The notes: generated by a model from the letters alone, not told the origin. A stretch of 64,000 nt of DNA from an uncultured Pseudomonadota bacterium (GCA_963770835.1 CAVYRH010000004.1:644764-708763); one strand, 5' to 3'. Counted from the first letter of the stretch, positions 8,527 through 17,950 are shown. Numbers and translations are program-made.

Positions 8527-9033
8527 ATGGTGTCCGTTGAAGAAAGGCTTGCCAAGCATCCTTTTTTAAAAGGGATTTCGGGCCCGAATATCCTCATGCT
8601 GGCCGAAGACACGGTCCCCATGGTTTTCCAGCCGGGAGAAATGCTGTTCCACCAAGGGCAGAAGGCCCATTACCTTTTCCTGATTGAAAAGGGGATCGTG
8701 GAAGTCGGAATTTTGAAGGGCGACAAATGCGGACCGGTCACCATCACCCACGTGGGGAAGGGCGGAAGCCTGGGATGGTCCTGGGCCTTCGCGCCCTTCA
8801 CGTGGAAGTTCGACGCCCGGGCCAAAGAACGGGTGGAGACCCTGGCCCTGGACGGAAAGCCCGTCATGGCCAAACTGGGGCGCTATCCCATGCTGGGTTA
8901 CGAGTTCATGCGACAGATGTCCCATTCCCTGTCCGAGGCGCTGGATGCCACCCGCCACCAGCTGGTGAAGATCCACCACCACGCGCCGGAAATCGAAAGG
9001 GAAATCCTCTATTTCCCCTCGCCCATCGTTTAA
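8527..9033 (+). CDS. Stand-alone cyclic-nucleotide-binding (Crp-type effector) domain protein without HTH
   Basis: HPFLKG, FQPGEMLFHQGQKAHYLFLIEKGIVEV, GGSLGWSW, WKFDARA; ends after the C-helix with no HTH. Confidence 0.8.
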   Translation: MVSVEERLAKHPFLKGISGPNILMLAEDTVPMVFQPGEMLFHQGQKAHYLFLIEKGIVEVGILKGDKCGPVTITHVGKGGSLGWSWAFAPFTWKFDARAKERVETLALDGKPVMAKLGRYPMLGYEFMRQMSHSLSEALDATRHQLVKIHHHAPEIEREILYFPSPIV

Positions 9034-9053
9034 GCTTTCCCTGGGAGGCGGTC

Positions 9054-9683
9054 ATGGGGAAACTTATGGGGCTTAAAATGCGTACAGGTTTTTTGGTTGT
9101 CGTAGTTATCTTGCTCGTCGGAATTACCGCCGATTCCTCCTGGAAAGAATCGTCCGGTACGGGCCTTCAAGCGGCGGAAAATCCCCTCGTTATCCAAGGC
9201 CGCCGGCTTTACACCCAATTTCATTGCGAGTATTGCCATCGGCTGAAAGGACGCGGCGGCACCGTGGGCCCGGCCCTGGACAATGTGGGCTTCCGAAGGA
9301 CGACCGAATGGCTGTCGGACCATTTCCAGAACCCCCAAAAACTTTCGAAGGGTTCCCAAATGGCCCGCATTCCACTGAAGGACGACCAGGTGAAAGCCTT
9401 GACGGCCTTCATGAACAGCCTGGGCGGGCGGACCTTTACGCCCGAAGCCCCCACACTCTTCGTGCAATATTGCAGTTCCTGCCACCGGATGAACGACATC
9501 GGCGTTCCCACCACGGTCGACCTTTCCAACGAAGGGCAATTCCGTGACATTGATTTCATACAGAACCGCATCAAGGACCCCCTGCAAATGAAACCTACCA
9601 CCACCATGCCGAGTTTCGGCCGGGTGCTCACCGACGCCCAGATCAAGGACCTGGCGGTTTATATCTTCCGTGGGGGGCGTTGA
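9054..9683 (+). CDS. Dihaem cytochrome c, paralogue of the c-domains fused to cytochrome b
   Basis: ATG 9054 after GGGAGG; N-terminal hydrophobic segment, CEYCH and CSSCH; RGGTVGPALD shared with the 3971-5602 protein. Confidence 0.85.
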   Translation: MGKLMGLKMRTGFLVVVVILLVGITADSSWKESSGTGLQAAENPLVIQGRRLYTQFHCEYCHRLKGRGGTVGPALDNVGFRRTTEWLSDHFQNPQKLSKGSQMARIPLKDDQVKALTAFMNSLGGRTFTPEAPTLFVQYCSSCHRMNDIGVPTTVDLSNEGQFRDIDFIQNRIKDPLQMKPTTTMPSFGRVLTDAQIKDLAVYIFRGGR

Positions 9684-9802
9684 TTCTCAATCTTCCCTCA
9701 AAGATAAAATGACCACTTGGTTTCGGATGGGGTCTTGGGTAAAGATGATTTAAAGCCGCTTCATCCAGTAAAAAAATCTAAAAAGCATCCAGGGAGTCTT
9801 TT

Positions 9803-10834
9803 ATGCATTACCGCCGCTTCGGCCGCACCGGCCTTTTCGTTTCCGAGCTTTGTTTCGGCGCCATGACCTTCGGCGGGAGGGGCTTCTGGACCGCTATCGG
9901 AAAATTGGACGCTTCCGAGGCCCAGGCCCTCATCGGCGCCTCGCTGGACGCAGGGATCAACCTTATCGACACCGCCGACGTTTATTCCGAGGGCGAATCC
10001 GAAAGGCTGGTGGGGGAAGCCCTGGCGGCCCTGAACCGGCCGCGCCACGAGATTTTGGTGGCCACCAAATGCCGGGGAAAGGTCGGGAACACTCCCAACG
10101 ACATGGGCCTCTCCCGCGGCCACATCCTGCGTTCCATCGATGGGAGCCTGAAGCGGCTGAAACTCGACTTCGTGGACCTCTACCAAATTCACGGCTTCGA
10201 TCCCGAAACGCCGCTGGAGGAAACCATGCGGGCTCTGGACGACGTGGTGAAATCGGGCAAGGCGCGCTATGTGGGGTTCTGCAATCTTTCCGCCTGGCAG
10301 GCCATGAAGGCCCTGGCCTTCGCGGAGGCCAACGGCCTCAACCGCTTCGTCAGCGCGCAGATTTATTACTCCATCGGGGGCCGGGACATCGAGCGCGAAC
10401 TGGCGCCCCTATGCCAGGACCAGGGGCTGGCCATCCTGCCCTGGAGCCCGCTGGCCGGGGGACTTTTCTCCGGCAAGTACGACCTCGAAAATCCGGGGCC
10501 CGAGGGCGCGCGCCGCACGACCTTCGACTTCCCGCCCGTGGACAAGGTCCGGGCCAAGGAAATCCTGAAGGTTTTGAGGGAAGTCTCCCAGACGGTTGGC
10601 GCGCCCGTTTCACGGGTGGCCTTGGCCTGGATGCTCACCAAGCCCTTCGTCACCAGCATTATCCTGGGGGCCAAGACCCTGGAACAACTGAAGGACAACC
10701 TGCTCGCCACCGACCTGGCGCTTTCGCCGGAACAGACCGCGAAGCTGGACGCCGTCAGCGCCATGCCCGCCGAATACCCGGGTTGGATGCTCTCCCGCCA
10801 GTCCGTGGAACGAGTGCCCAAAACGGCGAGATAA
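9803..10834 (+). CDS. Aldo/keto reductase
   Basis: VSELCFGAMTFG, IDTADVYSEGESE, DLYQIHGFD, LPWSPLAGG, IILGA. Confidence 0.95.
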   Translation: MHYRRFGRTGLFVSELCFGAMTFGGRGFWTAIGKLDASEAQALIGASLDAGINLIDTADVYSEGESERLVGEALAALNRPRHEILVATKCRGKVGNTPNDMGLSRGHILRSIDGSLKRLKLDFVDLYQIHGFDPETPLEETMRALDDVVKSGKARYVGFCNLSAWQAMKALAFAEANGLNRFVSAQIYYSIGGRDIERELAPLCQDQGLAILPWSPLAGGLFSGKYDLENPGPEGARRTTFDFPPVDKVRAKEILKVLREVSQTVGAPVSRVALAWMLTKPFVTSIILGAKTLEQLKDNLLATDLALSPEQTAKLDAVSAMPAEYPGWMLSRQSVERVPKTAR

Positions 10835-10902
10835 GAATTTATGGAAATTTTATGAAATCAACTGAACGAACCAGAACTTTACTTTTGGTTGAAAGCTTCT
10901 TT

Positions 10903-11436
10903 TTAAACTTCGACCGGGCCCGGGTCGCGGCTCGTCTCAGCGACTAGGTCTTTCGGCAGGGAATGGGCACAAAGGTCCGTGGCGCCGCAAAGCTCGTTCA
11001 CGAAGAGGTGCTTGGAAACCTGCGCCGTTAGTTCGCGAAGGAGCATTTTGCTACGGGCCGCCGCGCCGGGGACCCGCCACAAAACCTGTTGGACCAGTTC
11101 ACGCGCGAAGTCGCTGGCGCCGCGGCACAGCACCTGGTAGCGCTCGACCGGAACCAAACCCTCGCCTTCCTGGAACCTTTCGGGATTGTGATTGCGCTCC
11201 ACCGGCTCGCAGGCCTCGTCGCACTGGGCTTGGGCCCCGCAGAACTCAAAAGCCTTCAAGCGGTTCAAGGCCCCCTGCCGCAAAGCCTTGGAAAGGATAA
11301 GGATCCGAACGCCCTTGCTGGGATAAACGACGGGCCAGTCGTGGTCGGGGATTTGGGGTTCCAATTCCAACGCCAGCTTCCGGATCCAGTCTTTCAGGTT
11401 CAGCCCATTCGATAAACGAAGTTGGTATACGGCCAT
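10903..11436 (-). CDS. Hypothetical protein with six Cys
   Basis: ATG 11436 after AGGAGG; 177 aa; no family recognised. Confidence 0.6.
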   Translation of the reverse strand: MAVYQLRLSNGLNLKDWIRKLALELEPQIPDHDWPVVYPSKGVRILILSKALRQGALNRLKAFEFCGAQAQCDEACEPVERNHNPERFQEGEGLVPVERYQVLCRGASDFARELVQQVLWRVPGAAARSKMLLRELTAQVSKHLFVNELCGATDLCAHSLPKDLVAETSRDPGPVEV

Positions 11437-11542
11437 GATGGTCCTCCTAACGCTTCCCGCCGTGGGTTTCAAACGGCGGTTTGGGGCCTTGGGTGTTTCC
11501 GACCCCCCGCAACCCATTCAACCCCCGGATGGAGCGGGCGTC

Positions 11543-11558
11543 TATGACCGACGTCATC
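11543..11558. promoter_or_regulatory. TATGA-N6-TCATA-like site
   Basis: TATGA CCGACG TCATC in the divergent intergenic region 11437-11751. Confidence 0.6.
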
Positions 11559-11751
11559 AAGGGGGAGGCCTACCAACCCGGAAAAAGGGCCGGGCCGACC
11601 GATGGGACCATGTCCGGTTGGTTTAGGGCTTTTCCTAAAAAAAAGGGCCAAAATCTTCATTCGCCCTATTGCGTTGCGCAGGTAAGTAGAATTAAGTTTT
11701 TCATAAGGATTTTAAAGGGATGACCTTTGGAAGTCCGGAAAGGGGAAAGCG

Positions 11752-12219
11752 CTGATACTTTCCACCAAACTCCGCCGAAAATTCGAGATATTGCTTGTGG
11801 AGGACAATCCGGCCGACGCAAGGCTTGTTTCCCTCGCCTTGAAAGGGTTCATGATCGACCACGAACTGAGAGTCGTGTCCGATGGGATGGCCGCCATGGA
11901 TTTCCTCACGAAAAGGAACGCCTACTCGGACGCCCCCCGGCCGGATGTTGTCTTCCTGGACTGGATGCTGCCCCACAAAAGCGGTGACGAGGTTTTGAGG
12001 GAGATGCGGTTTGACCCGAACCTGAAGGACATCCCGGTGGTGGTGGTGAGCGGGTGCGAATCGACCGAAATGATCCGGGAGGCTTATAACGCCGGAAGCA
12101 ATTTGTGCATCGTGAAGCCCATCACCTTAGACCGCTTCCCCTTTATCCTTCGGTTCATGCAGGAAATTTTACAGGAGGAGGGGGATTCCCCGCCGCCTCC
12201 CTTCACCTCGATCAATTAA
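11752..12219 (+). CDS. Single-domain response regulator (CheY-like)
   Basis: ILLVEDNPAD, VVFLDWMLP, IPVVVVSG, CIVKP; start placed at in-frame CTG 11752 after AGGGG (ORF track gives TTG 11791). Confidence 0.85.
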   Translation: MILSTKLRRKFEILLVEDNPADARLVSLALKGFMIDHELRVVSDGMAAMDFLTKRNAYSDAPRPDVVFLDWMLPHKSGDEVLREMRFDPNLKDIPVVVVSGCESTEMIREAYNAGSNLCIVKPITLDRFPFILRFMQEILQEEGDSPPPPFTSIN

Positions 12220-12284
12220 CCTTTCCGCCTTCGCGGCCCATTCCGGTTGTCAATTCAAAAAAGAAGACTGCTTCTGGAGATGAC

Positions 12285-13907
12285 TTACTGCCTTTCGCTT
12301 GTTTCCTGCAGGAGCGACAGGCGGTGCTGGGACAAAACGGAGCGGAACTTCCGGAGGCTTTCGGCCAGGGATTTTTCCGTATTGATCCCCACGGCCTCCC
12401 AAGTGGCGGGCGGTTCCTGCCAGCGCTCCGCCATTTGCTGGTACACGGTGTAGTCGGCGTCCGAGGCGTAACGCTCGGTTTTTTGGAGGCGCTCCCGCAC
12501 AATCCCCTCGTCCGCCTGGCAAGTGAAGAATAAAAAAGGCAGGCGTAGTTTTTGTGCCAAGCGGTAAAAGGGCTCCCGCCGGGCCTGTTCCCAAAGGCTG
12601 GCGTCGATCAAAACCCTTTGTCCCTTCAGGAGTCCTTCCTCCGCTTTTTCCAGCAAATAGGAATAAGTCTTGTCGGTCCATTCGGGGGTGTAAAGGCCCT
12701 GGTTCCAGCCACTGGAGGGCTGGGAGGAAGGCAGGAAACCGGCCAGCTCCTTGCGCACCACATCCGAGGATAAAACCAAAAAGTCCTCGTTCTTTTCCAA
12801 CGCCCGGGAAAGACTGCTCTTGCCCGTACCAGGAAGGCCCGACAAAAGCACCAGGCAGGGCCGGCCCTGGGGCAGGGCCAGCTTCGAAAGCGCCATGCGG
12901 AAGTGGAGGCGGGCCTTCTCCCGGGCTTTCGCCCTTTCCTCCGGGGACATGTCGGCTTCTTGGGCCTGCAGGCCGCGCACCAGGCCGCGGACCAGGTGGC
13001 GGTAGGCGGTGTAAAAAGAAAGCAAGTCGGCGTCCTCATCCCCGCTTTGGGAAACCCACGAATAAGCCAGGAGGTTGGCCTCGTTGGAGAGTCCTTGGGC
13101 CTCCAGGTCCATCACCAGGAAGGCGACGTCGGACATGGGGTCGCCGCAGCGGTAACGGGGGTCGAATTCCACGCAATCGATAAGGAGGATGTCCTGGGGC
13201 GGCGCCGCATTAGGGAAGCAATACACGTGTTCCATCCTCAAATCGCCGTGGCCCTCCCGGGCCCGCCCTATTCGGCCCTCGATCCAAGGCTGGTGCCGGT
13301 TCCACTCGTCCTGGAAACTGGATTCCAGTTTCTCCCACAATTCGGGCGCGAGGATCTCCGCCGGGAAGTTCCGGGTCTGGCTGAGGATCTGGCTCCAATC
13401 CTCCTCCACGGATTCGGGTTCGGCCCAGCGGGAAACCTCGGGGCCTTGGGCGGCCTGTCCATAAAACCGGACCAGCTTCTCCACCAGGCGGGACCAGAAC
13501 CCCTCCGGCAGGCGGCCCGATTCCAGGAGCTTGTTCAGCCGGTTCTCGTCGGGAAGCCGCCGCATCTTGACGGCGTATTCCACGGGATCGCCTTCCCCCT
13601 CGAAGGACAGCACATCCCCTTTGCGGAAGACCGGCACCACCCCCAGGTAAACGTCCGGAGCCAGGCGGCGGTTCAACTCGATTTCCCGCTCGCAGAAATT
13701 CCTGCGCTTTTCCAAGGTGGAATAGTCCACGAAGAGGAACCGGACGGGTTTTTTGATCTTGTAGGCAAAGTCGCCAGCCAGGAACACGATGGAGATGTGG
13801 GTTTGGACGGTCTTGAGTTCGGCCACCGGGTAGGGAAAAGCGATGTTTTCGGCGGCCAAGTGGGGGGGAAGCATTCCTGGTGCCGGGTTCTTCAGGATTT
13901 GTTCCAA
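12285..13907 (-). CDS. Bifunctional aminoglycoside-phosphotransferase-like / AAA_33 kinase protein (Rv2004c-like)
   Basis: QTHISIVFL, AYKIKKPV, REIELNRRLAPDVY, GHGDLRMEH, DCVEF, Walker A GLPGTGKS, SSDVVRK. Confidence 0.9.
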   Translation of the reverse strand: MEQILKNPAPGMLPPHLAAENIAFPYPVAELKTVQTHISIVFLAGDFAYKIKKPVRFLFVDYSTLEKRRNFCEREIELNRRLAPDVYLGVVPVFRKGDVLSFEGEGDPVEYAVKMRRLPDENRLNKLLESGRLPEGFWSRLVEKLVRFYGQAAQGPEVSRWAEPESVEEDWSQILSQTRNFPAEILAPELWEKLESSFQDEWNRHQPWIEGRIGRAREGHGDLRMEHVYCFPNAAPPQDILLIDCVEFDPRYRCGDPMSDVAFLVMDLEAQGLSNEANLLAYSWVSQSGDEDADLLSFYTAYRHLVRGLVRGLQAQEADMSPEERAKAREKARLHFRMALSKLALPQGRPCLVLLSGLPGTGKSSLSRALEKNEDFLVLSSDVVRKELAGFLPSSQPSSGWNQGLYTPEWTDKTYSYLLEKAEEGLLKGQRVLIDASLWEQARREPFYRLAQKLRLPFLFFTCQADEGIVRERLQKTERYASDADYTVYQQMAERWQEPPATWEAVGINTEKSLAESLRKFRSVLSQHRLSLLQETSERQ

Positions 13908-13966
13908 GGTTCCGCCTCTTTGGGACGGCTTTTCACCGTTATTTTAAGCGGCAAGGTTGAGAAACC

Positions 13967-13982
13967 TATGACTCCAGTCATA
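13967..13982. promoter_or_regulatory. Perfect TATGAC-N4-GTCATA site in a divergent promoter
   Basis: cTATGACTCCAGTCATAg; TATAGT at 14005 (gap 22, +) and TAAAAT at 13946-13941 (gap 20, -). Confidence 0.8.
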
Positions 13983-14045
13983 GTCTGGAAGCTGCTGAGG
14001 TTCCTATAGTTAAAGAAAAGGCGAAGCGCCTTCCCGGAGTTCCAA

Positions 14046-15149
14046 ATGAAAAACTCCACTACCATCTTGACCGTTTCGGGCATCCAAATCAAAGTCCATT
14101 TCACCTTTCTCCTCCTCCTTCTATATGTGGCCGTCGAAGGCTGGATGGAGAATGGGGCGTCAGGCGCGGTTTTTGGGTTGGTCTTCACCCTCGCCCTTTT
14201 CGCCTGCGTGGTACTGCACGAGTTGGGACACAGCTTTACCGCCCAGGGTTTCGGCATCCCGGTTGGCCAGATCCTGCTTTTGCCCATCGGCGGCGTGTCA
14301 TCCCTTTCCAAAAAACCGAAAAATCCCTTGCAGGAAATCCTGATCGCCCTAGCCGGGCCCCTGGTCAGCGTGGCTTTGGCAGTTCTCTTTTACCAGGCGT
14401 CCGGCTCGCCAGCCCTGACGGCTAATAGTTTCGCAGGGGTAGGGGAGAAGATGGATTTCACCCTGCCCACGATCCTGTTCTGGCTCTTCCGGACCAACCT
14501 TATCCTGGCGGTCTTCAACCTGATCCCGGCCTTTCCCATGGACGGCGGGCGGGTGTTCCGGGCGGTGCTGCGCCTTTTCTTGAGGGAACCCCGGGCCACC
14601 GCTTTGGCGGCTTCGGTGGGCAAGGTTTTCGCCGTCATCTTTGGCTTGGTGGGGCTCTTGATCGGCAACATGATCCTGGCCCTGGTGGCCTTTTTCCTCT
14701 ACTTCGCGGGGGCGGGCGAGGTGGCGGGTGAGGCCACGGAGGAAATCCTCAGCCACATCCGGGCCGGTGCCGTCTGCGCCCATTTTGGGGCGAGCCTGGA
14801 ATCCACCGATACCCTGCGCCGGGTGATGGAACTGGTCTTGGGAAGCGAGCAAAAGAACTTCCCGGTCCTGGAGGGAGATAACTTGGCAGGAGTCTTGGAA
14901 AGCCGCGCCTTGAGGGACAGGCATGGGGACCTTCGTCCGGATACCCCCGTCACGGACCTGATGCGGCGGAATGTCCCGCGGATCCAGGCGGATGAGAACC
15001 TGGGACAAGCGTTGGGGGAATTGCGTGAGGCCGGGGCCCACAGTTGCGCGGTTTTCGAGGGCAGCCGGTTTTTGGGGCTTTTGGACGAGGACCGGATCCG
15101 ATTGGCCCTGGCCCTTTCGCCGTTTTTGGTAGCCACTAACCGTAGTTAA
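14046..15149 (+). CDS. Site-2 protease (M50) with CBS domain pair
   Basis: LHELGH, IALAGPLVS, FNLIPAFPMDGGRVF, C-terminal CBS repeats. Confidence 0.95.
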   Translation: MKNSTTILTVSGIQIKVHFTFLLLLLYVAVEGWMENGASGAVFGLVFTLALFACVVLHELGHSFTAQGFGIPVGQILLLPIGGVSSLSKKPKNPLQEILIALAGPLVSVALAVLFYQASGSPALTANSFAGVGEKMDFTLPTILFWLFRTNLILAVFNLIPAFPMDGGRVFRAVLRLFLREPRATALAASVGKVFAVIFGLVGLLIGNMILALVAFFLYFAGAGEVAGEATEEILSHIRAGAVCAHFGASLESTDTLRRVMELVLGSEQKNFPVLEGDNLAGVLESRALRDRHGDLRPDTPVTDLMRRNVPRIQADENLGQALGELREAGAHSCAVFEGSRFLGLLDEDRIRLALALSPFLVATNRS

Positions 15150-15159
15150 AGGGGGAAGC

Positions 15160-15354
15160 ATGGTTAAGGAAAAGAAAAGATCAATTCCAAAAATCAAGGC
15201 GATGACAGGCGGCCAAAAGAAAAACACCATCGAGGAAGCGGCTTATTTCCGCTGGCTGGCCCGCGACCAGGAGCACGGGAAGGACCTGAACGACTGGCTG
15301 GGCGCCGAACAGGAACTGATGGAAAACATCTTTGAGCGCGACGCGGAGGGTTGA
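15160..15354 (+). CDS. DUF2934-family small protein
   Basis: IEEAAYFRWLARDQEHGKDLNDWLGAEQEL; GGGGG RBS. Confidence 0.8.
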   Translation: MVKEKKRSIPKIKAMTGGQKKNTIEEAAYFRWLARDQEHGKDLNDWLGAEQELMENIFERDAEG

Positions 15355-15458
15355 TTTCAAGCCCAGGGGAAGCTAGTCCTGAGCGCCAACCACTTTTTTG
15401 TCACGCTTGGCCCGCCCTATCCCGGCATTGACAAACCTGATGTCGTCCTAATAAAGTT

Positions 15459-16213
15459 ATGAAATTCCCTATGAAAATAACTCGAAACCGGAATTGGATC
15501 ATTCTACTTGCTTTCCTATGCCTTGAGGGGCAGGCATGGGCCGGGAACCCTTTTATGACCGACGACCCGGAGCCCGTGAACCTGGGCCACGGGGAAGTTT
15601 TCGTGGCCGGAAGTTATTTCCAAAATTCAGGTGGAACCAACGGCACGGGCCAGTTCGAAGTGAATTATGGAGCTTTTCCCGAAACCCAGCTCCATCTCAT
15701 TATCACCGGTGCTTTCAACGCCCCCAACGGCCAGCCCGCCTCCTCCGGCGTGGGCGACACGGTGTTGGGTGTTAAGTACCGCTTCTTAAGGGAAAGCCCC
15801 GGAGTCCCCCAAATGGGGGTTTATCCCTGGGTCGTACTTCCCACCGGCAATGCTTCCCAGGGCCTGGGCACCGGCCAAACGCATGTTTTCCTCCCACTTT
15901 GGATCCAAAAAAGCTGGGGGCCCTGGACCACTTACGGCGGGGGAGGATATTGGATTAATCCTGGGACAGGAAACCAAAACTGGGTTTACTTGGGATGGGA
16001 AGCGCAACGGGACCTTTCACCGGTGGTCACCTTGGGGGGGAACTTTTCTACCAAACCCCGGCCACCGTGGAAGGCCTGGAAACCCTCTCGGGCGATCTCG
16101 GCTTGATTGTCAACTTGAATGATCAAAACCATCCCATGATCTCGATCGGCCGGGACCTGGTGAACCCTGTCAACACCCTCTTCGGTTACGCCGCTTACTT
16201 GTGGACATACTAA
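15459..16213 (+). pseudogene. Outer-membrane beta-barrel (transporter-like) split by a frameshift in a G7 tract
   Basis: Frame 1 (AGNPFMTDDPEPV...VTLGG) loses barrel character after TTGGGGGGG (G at 16034-16040); adding one G restores LGGELFYQT...GYAAYLWTY* (ORF 15995-16213). Confidence 0.75.
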
Positions 16214-16220
16214 ACCCCGC

Positions 16221-17117
16221 TCACCGGCCCGCGACGGCCCTATCGTAAAAGACGGCCTGGACGGTGCGGTTGGGGCCCTCTGATCTGGACTTGCGTAGCA
16301 TTTCTTGGAGGTCACGGACGGCTTTTTGATATTCCTTCCAGGTTTTTCGTCTGCGGTTTTTCAACTCTCTTATCCAAGACTGGGTTTCGGGGAACAAACC
16401 GTTACCGGCTTTGCCTAAAAGGGCTAAGGCGTTGTCCAGGTCCCGCCAATCCCCCAAAACGGTTTGGGCTTTCTTGCATAGCGTCGCCAGCTCCCGGCCC
16501 CCACGGGACAGGAGGAACCCGAACTCCTCCAGGCTGTAACGCATTCGCTTGGCCTGCACCCGGAGCTTATGAAGAAGAGACCGGCTGGTTTTAGCGGTCT
16601 TCGTTTTCTTGAGGAGGTTCTCTAGACGCCGTTTTTCGTGTTCAAAGGCCTCCATCGCTTCCGAGGTGATTTTTTGGCGGTTGGCCCTTAAGACTAATTT
16701 CTTTCCAAGTCTGGAAAATCCGCGGACAAACGGGGGTGAAACCAAATGATTCCGGATTTCCTTTTCGCGCATTTGCCGAACTTCCTCCTGGATTTTTAAC
16801 CATGCTTGCAAGCCTGGGGATGGGGAGGGAATGGGAGGTAGGGATTTTAAAAGGGAGTCGAAAACCTCCTTGTCCCTTAGGACATTGGTTTCCTGGCCGA
16901 TGCCCTTGAGGAAGCCGAAGACGGCTACGAGGGTCCGGGGTAAGTAGCAACCCTTCAATAATCGCAGGCAAGTGCGAAGGCGGCGAAGGGAGACTCGGAA
17001 ATCATGGAGGGCCTCCGGATCCCTCCCTTTCAGGACCCGAAAACGGTTGCGTTCCAGCCGGGACAGGATCAGGTTCAGGCGCTTGGAAAAAAATTCCTTC
17101 TTGGGAAGAGGTTTCAT
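16221..17117 (-). CDS. CHAD-domain (polyphosphate-binding) protein
   Basis: EALHDFRVSLRRLRT, LRDKEV, LHKLRVQAKRMRYSLE, QTVLGDWRD; ATG 17117. Confidence 0.85.
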   Translation of the reverse strand: MKPLPKKEFFSKRLNLILSRLERNRFRVLKGRDPEALHDFRVSLRRLRTCLRLLKGCYLPRTLVAVFGFLKGIGQETNVLRDKEVFDSLLKSLPPIPSPSPGLQAWLKIQEEVRQMREKEIRNHLVSPPFVRGFSRLGKKLVLRANRQKITSEAMEAFEHEKRRLENLLKKTKTAKTSRSLLHKLRVQAKRMRYSLEEFGFLLSRGGRELATLCKKAQTVLGDWRDLDNALALLGKAGNGLFPETQSWIRELKNRRRKTWKEYQKAVRDLQEMLRKSRSEGPNRTVQAVFYDRAVAGR

Positions 17118-17134
17118 TGGATACGCCCTTGGAA

Positions 17135-17950
17135 CTATTTTTTCCGTTCGGATTCCATTTGTTTGAGGGATTTTTCCAGTTCCGCCGCTTCCCGGTGGAG
17201 GGCTTTTTCCTCCATCCAATCCGAGTGGTGTTTTAGGCCCGAGGCGACGATTTCCAGAGCGCGGCGCCGGGCATAATGCTTATGGTCTGCCGGGATGAGG
17301 TGCCAGGGAGCGGCCTTCGTATGGGTCTTTTCCAGCATTTCCTCCGCCGCATCCACGTAGTCGTCCCAGCGCGCGCGGGCCTGGATGTCCTCCGGCGTGA
17401 TCTTCCACTGCTTATAGGGATCCTTGATCCTGGCCTCAAACCTTTTCAACTGCTCCTGCGGCGAGATGGCCAGGAAAATCTTGATGAGGTCGATCCCGTC
17501 GTCCACCAACATTTTTTCAACCTGGTTGATTTCGTCGTAGGCCTGGGCCAGGCGGTCCTTGGGCGCGAGTTTTTCCACCTTTTCCACCAGCACTCGGCCG
17601 TACCAGGACCGGTCGAAGACGGCCCATTCACCGGGCGGGGGGAAAGCTTCCCAAAAGCGGTGGAGGTAATGCCGGCCTTGCTCTTCCACCGAGGGAGGGC
17701 CGAAGGAATGGACCTTCACGCCCCGGGGGTCCAGCCGCTCGGTCAAGCGGCGGATGGTGCCGCCCTTCCCGGAGGCGTCGAATCCTTCGAATAGAACCAG
17801 CGCCCTCCGCTTGCCGTGCCAAATGCCCTGTTGGATGCGCACCATCTGGAGTTGTAATTTTTTAACGACCTCGTCGTAATCTTTTGAATCCTCGGAGGGG
17901 AAGTCCCCTTCCTTCAGGAGTTTCCTCAAACTCAGCCGGTCGGATGACAT
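17135..17950 (-). CDS. ppk2: Polyphosphate kinase 2 family protein
   Basis: FEGFDASGKGGTIRR, FDRSWYGRVLVE, KIFLAIS, WKITPED, APWHLIPADHK. Confidence 0.95.
   Translation of the reverse strand: MSSDRLSLRKLLKEGDFPSEDSKDYDEVVKKLQLQMVRIQQGIWHGKRRALVLFEGFDASGKGGTIRRLTERLDPRGVKVHSFGPPSVEEQGRHYLHRFWEAFPPPGEWAVFDRSWYGRVLVEKVEKLAPKDRLAQAYDEINQVEKMLVDDGIDLIKIFLAISPQEQLKRFEARIKDPYKQWKITPEDIQARARWDDYVDAAEEMLEKTHTKAAPWHLIPADHKHYARRRALEIVASGLKHHSDWMEEKALHREAAELEKSLKQMESERKK

Noticed and set aside
9850-10947. Long alternative-frame and antisense ORFs (e.g. 9850-10947, 12903-14009, 26541-27515, 41146-42033)
   Set aside because: Shadow ORFs of well-supported genes in GC-rich DNA; Arg/Pro/Gly-biased, no motifs.
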